Translations under genes and position numbers: made by a program
The notes under the pieces: model-generated
Database searches by the model: none
What the model was told of the DNA's origin: nothing
Seen by the model: the letters and a program-made list of their open reading frames with translations, nothing else
Part shown: positions 1 through 6,985 of the stretch, in pieces
Position numbering within the stretch: the stretch's first letter is position 1
How the letters are laid out: every line of letters begins with the position of its first letter
Assembly (NCBI GenBank): GCA_050250255.1
Contig: JBFWOZ010000001.1
Location: 1-64,000, forward strand
DNA from: Bdellovibrionales bacterium
Lineage (GTDB): Bacteria > Bdellovibrionota > Bdellovibrionia > Bdellovibrionales > DASUEL01
DNA length: 64,000 nucleotides
Direction: 5' to 3'

Positions 1-2
1 GG

Positions 3-83
3 TTGCCACAACCCGATTTGAGAATTACAGCTATATCAGCTCCAGAATCCTGGCGCATCTACTTACAGTTCGAAGCGGGCTAA
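3..83 (+). CDS. possible 3' end of an upstream CDS cut by the window edge
   Basis: Open frame LPQPDLRITAISAPESWRIYLQFEAG* ending at TAA 81-83; too short to identify. Confidence 0.3.
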   Translation: MPQPDLRITAISAPESWRIYLQFEAG

Positions 84-143
84 CGTGAACCCAACAGCTA
101 ATCGGATCTTGCCAATTTATGAGTTGGGTTCTAGGATTTTGCT

Positions 144-821
144 ATGTTTGTAAAAGTCGCACACAAATCAGAAGCAGATTCTCTCTATCAAGCGGTGATT
201 GATCAGAAGCGTCCTTTACAAATTCAATTATCTAATAAAAAAATTGTAACGGCTAAAGCCATTGAGAGACTGGGACAAGATCTTAAGCTCAACATCGCCT
301 ATATCGAACAGTTTCGTGGAGACCAAGATGTGACGGTGTCTTTTTCTGTCGGAGAAGACATTTTATTTTTAAAGAGTCATATCGTGGATAAAGGAAATCA
401 TTATCTACTCAACATTGCTTCGGGACTTCATAAGCTACAGAGACGCGGAAGTTTTCGTCTGACGGTTCCTGAAAACATGGATGCCAAAATCAAATTTGAT
501 CCCATAAAAGGAACAGAATTCAAAAAGCCTTTTCACCTTTCCAATATTAGTGGGGGCGGCTTGGGAGTAGAGTTACCGCTGGCTCATCGAGATCTTTTTA
601 AGAAAGAAGATCTTGTGGAATTCCAGTTGGAATTGACAGGTGAGTTTAATAAAAAAGTCTCAGGCCGAATCAGACTCGTAGCTGACTCGAAAGAAGATCC
701 CACAAAAAAGTTTCGTTTAGGAATCCAATTCGAAGGACTCAAGAAGAACGACGAAGAAAAGCTCACGCAACTAATCACCAATCTTTATCGTCGTTTCTTT
801 CTTGCTTCGAGATTTTCTTAA
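144..821 (+). CDS. PilZ-domain flagellar brake-like protein (YcgR family)
   Basis: QRRGSFR (RxxxR) and NISGGG (D/NxSxxG) c-di-GMP-binding motifs; adjacent to flagellins. Confidence 0.85.
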   Translation: MFVKVAHKSEADSLYQAVIDQKRPLQIQLSNKKIVTAKAIERLGQDLKLNIAYIEQFRGDQDVTVSFSVGEDILFLKSHIVDKGNHYLLNIASGLHKLQRRGSFRLTVPENMDAKIKFDPIKGTEFKKPFHLSNISGGGLGVELPLAHRDLFKKEDLVEFQLELTGEFNKKVSGRIRLVADSKEDPTKKFRLGIQFEGLKKNDEEKLTQLITNLYRRFFLASRFS

Positions 822-834
822 TTTACCCGTTTGG

Positions 835-941
835 GGTTGGAGGTTTGAGGTTTATCGTTTGAGGTTCGAGGTCTAGGTTTGAGGTTTGAAAACCTTAAAC
901 GGTACCCCAAACCTCAAACGATAAACCTCAAACCTCCAACC
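835..941. repeat. palindromic element built of GAGGTTT-type heptamers (32-bp perfect inverted repeat)
   Basis: 835-866 GGTTGGAGGTTTGAGGTTTATCGTTTGAGGTT is the exact reverse complement of 910-941; related copy at 38237-38384. Confidence 0.9.
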
Positions 942-1032
942 GAAACCGTCTCATAACAAGAAACTCTCGAAGCCCTCCTAAAACCAAAATTAAAAAATTA
1001 ACAATTAATTTCAAATACTTAACGCTTTGTGC

Positions 1033-1059
1033 TAAAGTTATTGCGCTATGCGCCGAAGA
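1033..1059 (+). promoter_or_regulatory. sigma28 (FliA) promoter of flagellin 1
   Basis: TAAA-N15-GCCGAAGA vs consensus TAAA-N15-GCCGATAA; implies TSS near 1066. Confidence 0.8.
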
Positions 1060-1146
1060 GTTCCATGACGGCTGATATGTTTTGAAAATTTAATTGTGGG
1101 CGACGACTGAATCACAGTCTCTTGATGAGACTTGAGGAGGTGTCCA

Positions 1147-1980
1147 ATGCCTTTACGTATTTCAACCAACCTGTCGAGCATTTCTGCTCAACGGCACTTA
1201 TCCAAATCCCAGGAGAGAGCGGAGCATTCCCTCAAAGCACTCGCTTCGGGTTCACGTATTGTGAGCGCGGGCGACGATGCGGCTGGGTTAGCAATCAGTG
1301 AGACGCTTCGTGGGCAACTCTCTGGTTTGCGCCAATCACGCATAAATGCTGAAAACGAAGTTTCTTTGATTCAGGTCGCTGAGGGTGGGCTTAACGAACA
1401 AAACAATATCCTTATTCGTTTACTCGAATTGGGAATTCAAGCGGCGAGCGATACTGTTTCAGACCGAGAAAGAGAATATTTAGATAAAGAATTCTCAAGC
1501 TTGGTGGAAGAATTAGATCGTATTGCGCTGACAACAACCTTCGGGAACAAAGCCCTTCTTCAAGGGACAGGGGAACAATTTGAATTCCAGATTGGACCTG
1601 ATAGTGGACCCGAGAGTGTTGTGAGTTATGTGCTTGATTCTGATTCGCGTGCTGACACTTTAGGTGTTGCGGGTCTTACGGTTGTGGATCAAAGTGATGC
1701 ACGTTCGAGTCTTTCGAGTATTGATGATGCGATCGATAGAATCTCAGAAATTCGTGCGGACTTTGGTGCTTTCCAAAGCCGCTTTCATGCAGCAGCTAGT
1801 AACTTGGATATTCAATATGAGAATATCGCTGCGGCTCGTGCTCGCATCTATGATGTGGACGTAGCCCATGAAACTTCGGAGTTATCTGCTGCGCAGATCA
1901 CTCAAGAGGCAGGCATCGCGGTTCTTGCTCAAGCGAACCAAATGCCGATGAGAGCCAGTCGTCTCATTAATCTGGTATAA
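1147..1980 (+). CDS. fliC: flagellin (fla1, more divergent paralog)
   Basis: MPLRISTN...LASGSRI..AGDDAAGLAISE N-terminus, VLAQANQ C-terminus; SD GAGGAGG at 1134-1140 before ATG 1147. Confidence 0.95.
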   Translation: MPLRISTNLSSISAQRHLSKSQERAEHSLKALASGSRIVSAGDDAAGLAISETLRGQLSGLRQSRINAENEVSLIQVAEGGLNEQNNILIRLLELGIQAASDTVSDREREYLDKEFSSLVEELDRIALTTTFGNKALLQGTGEQFEFQIGPDSGPESVVSYVLDSDSRADTLGVAGLTVVDQSDARSSLSSIDDAIDRISEIRADFGAFQSRFHAAASNLDIQYENIAAARARIYDVDVAHETSELSAAQITQEAGIAVLAQANQMPMRASRLINLV

Positions 1981-1993
1981 GAAACCCATCAAG

Positions 1994-2017
1994 AGGCCCC
2001 CCAAAAGGGGCCTTTTT
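1994..2017 (+). terminator. intrinsic terminator after fla1
   Basis: AGGCCCC-ccaaaa-GGGGCCT followed by T run. Confidence 0.8.
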
Positions 2018-2130
2018 CGTGAGCTCCGTCCCCAAAACCTAGACTTTCATCTAAATATTTTTTATTTGGCGTTTTTGAATAAAAACAAGCACAAGACGCA
2101 TCGCGCCCTAACTCCAACTAGACCTTTGGC

Positions 2131-2157
2131 TAAAGTTTCCTAGACCAAGGCCGAGAA
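2131..2157 (+). promoter_or_regulatory. sigma28 promoter of flagellin 2
   Basis: TAAA-N15-GCCGAGAA; implies TSS near 2164 and a ~200-nt leader. Confidence 0.8.
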
Positions 2158-2163
2158 GTTTCA

Positions 2164-2363
2164 TGAACACGTTGGAGCATCGGGAAGTAGAAACATATCA
2201 GCCGTCACTGAAATGTTTTTTGCTGACTGATCATTAAGTCAAAAAAAGCAATTTCGCTTTTCTCTTAATCTTCCAACAGACATTTTTAACGAGCTATGAA
2301 GGCACTCGCTGTAGGGCGCGGGTTTATGACACCAAGGATTTGGAACGTCAGTTGGAGGCTACT
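2164..2363 (+). promoter_or_regulatory. structured 5' leader of fla2 (antisense segments, anti-SD, CsrA-like site)
   Basis: Hairpin AAACAT-A-TCAG-ccgtca-CTGA-A-ATGTTT at 2191-2218; anti-SD 2270-2281; CCAAGGATTTGG at 2332-2343. Confidence 0.6.
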
Positions 2364-3188
2364 ATGGGCTTAAGAATTAATACGAATATCTCTTCGATCA
2401 ATGCGCAGAGACAGTTAGGAAAGCAACAGGCAAGAGCAGAGCATGCTTTGCAAGCGTTGTCTTCAGGAAGTCGAATCGTACAAGCAGCAGATGATGCCGC
2501 TGGTCTCTCGATTTCAGAAAACATCAAAGGACAAACTCGAGGTTTAAAGGCCGCACGCGGTAACGCCTACAACGCGGTTTCTCTCGTACAAGTTTCTGAG
2601 GGTGGTTTGTCAGAAATCAATAACATCTTAATTCGTTTACGTGAATTGGGTGTACAAGCAGCCAGCGATAACATTGGTGAAGTGGAACGCGGATTCCTCA
2701 ATCAAGAAGCGGTGCAGTTAGTACAAGAAGCGGATCGTATTGCGAAAACAACTCGATTCGGTAACAGAACACTTCTTGATGGTTCTGGAGAGCAATTAGA
2801 GTTCCACGTTGGACCATACGCCGGTGACGAAAACGTGATCAGATATCAAATCACAGCCGATGCAACAGGTGAAAAACTTGGTTACAATGGCATCACTGTT
2901 GATACAAAAGACTCAGCAAGACAGACGCTTGAAGCAGTGGACGAAGCATTAACTCAATTGGGTTCTATGCGCGCTGACTTCGGTGCCGTGCAAAGTCGAT
3001 TGAATACTACAGTGTCGAACTTAGACATTCAGTACGAAAACTTAAGTGCTGCGAACTCTCGTATCCGAGATGCTGATATCGCCTTCGAATCTTCAGAGGC
3101 CGCAGCAGCGACAGTACTACAAAACGCTTCGATCGGAGTTTTGGCTCAAGCGAACTCGATCCCATCGCAAGCTTTAAAATTATTGTAA
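2364..3188 (+). CDS. fliC: flagellin (fla2)
   Basis: MGLRINTN...LSSGSRIVQAADDAAGL; NLSAANSRIRDAD; SD GGAGG before ATG 2364. Confidence 0.97.
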   Translation: MGLRINTNISSINAQRQLGKQQARAEHALQALSSGSRIVQAADDAAGLSISENIKGQTRGLKAARGNAYNAVSLVQVSEGGLSEINNILIRLRELGVQAASDNIGEVERGFLNQEAVQLVQEADRIAKTTRFGNRTLLDGSGEQLEFHVGPYAGDENVIRYQITADATGEKLGYNGITVDTKDSARQTLEAVDEALTQLGSMRADFGAVQSRLNTTVSNLDIQYENLSAANSRIRDADIAFESSEAAAATVLQNASIGVLAQANSIPSQALKLL

Positions 3189-3197
3189 TAAAAGAGG

Positions 3198-3221
3198 CTC
3201 CTGCATCAGTGCGGGAGTTTT
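3198..3221 (+). terminator. weak terminator-like hairpin after fla2
   Basis: CTCCTGCA-tcag-TGCGGGAG followed by only four T. Confidence 0.55.
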
Positions 3222-3255
3222 CAAAAGTTAGATATGAACAAGTTATAAGATAAGG

Positions 3256-3372
3256 TAGCGCAAGAGTGAGCAACTAGGAAACGTCGTCGCCCACAAACCG
3301 ATGCAACTTAGTCACTCGAATGTTACTCTTAAGCCCACCCCGGCAGTGTCAAAGCTCCGGGGTTTTTTATTT
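3256..3372 (+). ncRNA. candidate small RNA or fla2 3' UTR extension carrying anti-fla1 and anti-fla2 segments
   Basis: Stem AAGAGTGA(3262-69)/TTACTCTT(3323-30) encloses GTCGTCGCCCACAA, which is antisense to 1094-1107; ends in a +strand terminator CCCCGG..CCGGGG-TTTTTT (3338-3368); 5' end uncertain. Confidence 0.55.
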
Positions 3373-4688
3373 TATGGAGTCGCGGTCGCGGCTTTTACTG
3401 CAGCACCCGTATTTAAATAACCACCCGTTAAAACTTTTCCTTCGAGTTTCGGTGCTTTGATAGCAGTTGCTAAAATAATATCTTTTACTTGTTTCCAATT
3501 GAGCTGCGGATTGGCGCTGTACATGAGTGCAATTGTGCCAGTGACGTGAGGCGCAGCCATAGAAGTTCCTGCAAGATGCTCGTAATAGTATCTGCGTAAT
3601 TGGGAGTGTGTCGGATTATAGGTGCTGTAAATGTGAATTCCTGGTGCAGCGATATCTACAGTTGTGGCGCCTTTGCTGGAAAACCACGTGAGATTTTGTT
3701 TGTTGGAATCAAGAGCGGCGACGCTGATGATGTTTTCGTTGTTATAAGATGCGGGATAAGACGGTGTTTTATCATTATCGCTGCTACTGTTTCCAGCAGC
3801 GGTGACAACAATTGTACCCTTATTTTTTGCATATTCGATGGCATCATAAAAAGTTTGGCTGTATCCATCGCCACCCCAACTACAATTCACCGCTTTCGCA
3901 CCCATTCTTGCTGCATAGAGAACGGTTTTGATTCCATTGTCGATGGTCCCAGATCCGTCTCTATCAAGAAACTTTGTATCTATCAGTGAAACAAGGCCGC
4001 TGACTCCAGAGATTCCTGAATTGTTATCATCACCCACGGCCCCTACGGTTCCACCTACGTGTGTTCCATGGTAATGAGTATCGATTGGGTTATTGATATT
4101 TCCTTCGAAGTTCCATCCGCGAACGTCATCAATAAAACCATTTTGGTCATCATCAATTTTATTAATCGCTTTATTGTTTCCGTTAGTATCTAAACCCATT
4201 TCACCAGGATTTTTCCAAAAGTTTTTCATGAGATCGCCATGGGTCCACATGCCAGTGTCAGAAATCGCAACGGTAATGTCGCGGCTTCCTCTTGTGATTT
4301 CCCAAGCTTCTTGAACTTTGATGGCATCTAATCCCCACATTCCCGTTGATGGGTAGGGGGGAGGAAGAAATGTAGGATCAAATTCTAACTCACCCGCTCG
4401 CACAACGTAGTTGGGTTCTACGTATTCAATGAGTTGAGATAACTCTGAAGCAAGTGGAGAATTTTTTGTCACCACAAGCGGATTTTTATTGGATACCAAC
4501 ACTTGCAACTCTGGAATTTCGGATTCTACCTCTACCCCTAAGCTATTGATAAAGCTTTTAGTACTCATTGCGGACACAGTATTTTTCAGTTTGATGAGAT
4601 ATCCACGATGCTCGAGAGAAGTTGCGTGAGTATTTATTGTGAAAGTGAGAAAAAGAAAAGAAGCGGCAAGCATTCCTAATCGGTTCAT
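3372..4688 (-). CDS. secreted subtilisin-like S8 serine peptidase
   Basis: VAISDTG, HGTHVGG, AAGN, GTSMAAPHV catalytic motifs; signal peptide after ATG 4688. Confidence 0.95.
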   Translation of the reverse strand: MNRLGMLAASFLFLTFTINTHATSLEHRGYLIKLKNTVSAMSTKSFINSLGVEVESEIPELQVLVSNKNPLVVTKNSPLASELSQLIEYVEPNYVVRAGELEFDPTFLPPPYPSTGMWGLDAIKVQEAWEITRGSRDITVAISDTGMWTHGDLMKNFWKNPGEMGLDTNGNNKAINKIDDDQNGFIDDVRGWNFEGNINNPIDTHYHGTHVGGTVGAVGDDNNSGISGVSGLVSLIDTKFLDRDGSGTIDNGIKTVLYAARMGAKAVNCSWGGDGYSQTFYDAIEYAKNKGTIVVTAAGNSSSDNDKTPSYPASYNNENIISVAALDSNKQNLTWFSSKGATTVDIAAPGIHIYSTYNPTHSQLRRYYYEHLAGTSMAAPHVTGTIALMYSANPQLNWKQVKDIILATAIKAPKLEGKVLTGGYLNTGAAVKAATATP

Positions 4689-4857
4689 GAACCCTCCGTG
4701 GCTCTTGATTTCTTTTAAGTTTATCATTTTCAAGAGTGAGGGTTTGTAATGTTTAAAAAGTGAGCACAAGAATCAGTCTAAGGACTTGGGGTCAGTTTGA
4801 TGCTGAGATGATCGTCTAGTTTAAGCACGACGTACATCGTAAGTTTATAGGTAAATT

Positions 4858-4884
4858 TTAAGTTATCTCTTTTTGAGTCGATAA
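4858..4884 (+). promoter_or_regulatory. sigma28-like promoter of the lipoprotein/beta-barrel pair
   Basis: TTAA-N15-GTCGATAA. Confidence 0.6.
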
Positions 4885-4941
4885 GACTTTATGCAAACCC
4901 TCTCATGCGGAGAGCGTTTTAAAGCCAAGGAGCGGCTTATT

Positions 4942-5910
4942 ATGAGTTTCAGTTGGAAGAAATTATTATCCAGCATAATTGCATTGCTGTTATGTGCTTG
5001 TGGTGGGACTCCGTCCGGAGCTCTTTATTATGGAGCGCTTGGTTTTGGTAAACCCAAAATTATTATTTCCAATGCTGACGCCACAGCTCCGGTTCAACAC
5101 ACAATCACAATGTATGATGAAAACGGGACTCTTCTTAAGGTGCTTGCGGACTACACAGATCTAGCAGATCGGCCCCGTGGTTTAACCCTGTGGGGTTCCT
5201 TTAGTTTTCTCGTTCCTATCGAGGGAACAGACCGCATTGATATTGTCGATATTTTTGGGGTGAGAAACACTTGGGCTACGAATGCGCAGTTTACGGGTAA
5301 TATTTTTAAGTCCGTGAATGACTCTAGTGGTAATGTGTATGTTATTGAGACTAATACAATTGAAAGATTTCTGGCGAGTGGAGAAAGAGCTCAGCAGTCG
5401 AGTGCGACTCCTTATATCGCAGCCACACTTGGTACCTGTGTTTTGAGCACACCACGTGGTATGGCGATTGCTCCAACGACCGGTTATTTGGTCGTTTCAA
5501 ATACTGGTAATGATCGAGTGAATATTTATAATGTGAATGCAACTCCCGCAACTTGCGTGAGTTTTAACTCGGCCTCGTACACAACTGCAGATCCATTGCC
5601 AATTCTCACGCATACGAATGGTTCTATGTACATAGGAACTCAAACCGCTGACCTAATTCGAAAAGTCAGTGCAGATGGTGTAACCGTCTCGACGGCTTGG
5701 AGTACAAGTTTGACGGTTATGGGTGATCCCACAGCGATTGCAGAGCTTCCCGATACAAATATTCTTGTAGCTTCAGATCTCACGGATTCAGTAGAAAGAT
5801 TTAGCCTTGATTCGACAGGAAACACTCTTACTCGCGTAGGTAGTGGACCTTTTATTAAGAATGCTTTCACAACTGCAGTTACTGAAATTTTGGTAATACC
5901 AGGAAAATAA
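4942..5910 (+). CDS. putative lipoprotein, beta-propeller (NHL-like) repeats
   Basis: Lipobox LLCAC; repeated PRGL/PRGM/PTAI blade-like motifs; SD AAGGAG. Confidence 0.6.
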   Translation: MSFSWKKLLSSIIALLLCACGGTPSGALYYGALGFGKPKIIISNADATAPVQHTITMYDENGTLLKVLADYTDLADRPRGLTLWGSFSFLVPIEGTDRIDIVDIFGVRNTWATNAQFTGNIFKSVNDSSGNVYVIETNTIERFLASGERAQQSSATPYIAATLGTCVLSTPRGMAIAPTTGYLVVSNTGNDRVNIYNVNATPATCVSFNSASYTTADPLPILTHTNGSMYIGTQTADLIRKVSADGVTVSTAWSTSLTVMGDPTAIAELPDTNILVASDLTDSVERFSLDSTGNTLTRVGSGPFIKNAFTTAVTEILVIPGK

Positions 5911-6576
5911 ATGAAGATTTCTTTTGGGCTTTTAACATTCGTAATTATCTTTGGACTTTTCAGTTCACAGATAGCTTTGGCTCAAAAATCGTCAAAAAAA
6001 GGCAATCGAGATGATCGTGGTTTATCAGCACAAGTAGATTTGGGTTTACCAACGGTGACGATTGAAAATCCAGATTCTTCAATTGCGTACTATACGGGTA
6101 TTGGTGTCACTGGAAGAGGTATTTTACCGTTATTGGATACTAGGTACTTCTCATTCAATCTTGTAGGTAATGCAAAATACTTAGATCTTAAGAACACAGC
6201 GAGTACGGCTTCGCAAAAAGAGATCGCTAACCACATTGGTGCTGGCGGCGGTGTGAGTGTCATGCTCTGGATTTTCTTTTACGGTATCGATTACAACTAT
6301 ATGTTAGCAAGACATTACACGGTAGGTACCTTTTCTCAGGAACTTAATTACAATTATACCTCAGCAGTTACTTATTACGGAGCACAAATAGAATTTGGTC
6401 AGCTTTCACTGGGAGGTGGCGTGAGTATGAACACAGCCACAATTTCGAATGGGGCCACGGACCTCAATATGGACTCACCTTATTCAGAAAAAACGTATTT
6501 CGTTTTTGCTCGCTATTCAACGGGACTGACAGTTCCCCGAATGTTCAAAGCCCTCTTCTCAGACGGCAAAAAATAA
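5911..6576 (+). CDS. putative outer-membrane beta-barrel protein
   Basis: Signal peptide; alternating amphipathic, Gly/Tyr-rich strands; starts immediately after the upstream stop. Confidence 0.55.
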   Translation: MKISFGLLTFVIIFGLFSSQIALAQKSSKKGNRDDRGLSAQVDLGLPTVTIENPDSSIAYYTGIGVTGRGILPLLDTRYFSFNLVGNAKYLDLKNTASTASQKEIANHIGAGGGVSVMLWIFFYGIDYNYMLARHYTVGTFSQELNYNYTSAVTYYGAQIEFGQLSLGGGVSMNTATISNGATDLNMDSPYSEKTYFVFARYSTGLTVPRMFKALFSDGKK

Positions 6577-6758
6577 TTACCACAACAAAGCTTCTGCGTT
6601 CTCGACTCGACTTTGAGTTGTGCAGACCAAGCGCCACCTCGACATTCATCTCATCAAATTCAACGATCTAAGTCTGGTTTTCCCAAACCTACGTCTAGCT
6701 TTTCCTCTGCTAAAGTCTAGTTTCCCCTCAACAAAAGTCCAGATTCACTGGATCAGAC

Positions 6759-6785
6759 TTTAGTCACTCTCGACCTCGCCGAAAG
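6759..6785 (+). promoter_or_regulatory. sigma28-like promoter of flagellin 3
   Basis: TTTA-N15-GCCGAAAG; weaker -35; implies TSS near 6792. Confidence 0.55.
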
Positions 6786-6985
6786 GTTTGGTGTGAGTGC
6801 TGAGAAAACAGCAGCTGAGTGAGAGACGATCTTGACGGAGAAGCTCTCAACAAAAACTCAAATGCTGATTCAAAGTCTCCAACGTGTTTAACAAAAACTT
6901 AGCGCAGGATGCGTAGTCAAATTCGTTCTCGGAGGGGTCTGAGAGCAATGACGGAGAAAGTATTCTCTCAAATGAGGAGGATAAA

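Noticed and set aside
87..132. GAACCCAAC/GTTGGGTTC inverted repeat before the PilZ gene as a c-di-GMP riboswitch
   Set aside because: Lacks the class I/II conserved core; only a simple 9-bp stem
835..941. CRISPR array interpretation of the heptamer or REP repeats
   Set aside because: No constant repeat with unique spacers, and no cas genes in the window
2102..2119. CGCGCCCTA and CTCCAAC upstream of the fla2 promoter are complementary to 2312-2320 and 2171-2177
   Set aside because: Short matches lying between the fla1 terminator and the fla2 TSS, so probably untranscribed; could be chance
1066..3296. Treating the flagellin antisense matches as DNA invertible-switch sites (phase variation)
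   Set aside because: The pairs are unrelated to each other in sequence, no invertase is nearby, two of the matches stop at predicted TSSs, and inversion would not place any flagellin under a new promoter. Disfavoured but not formally excluded without long reads.
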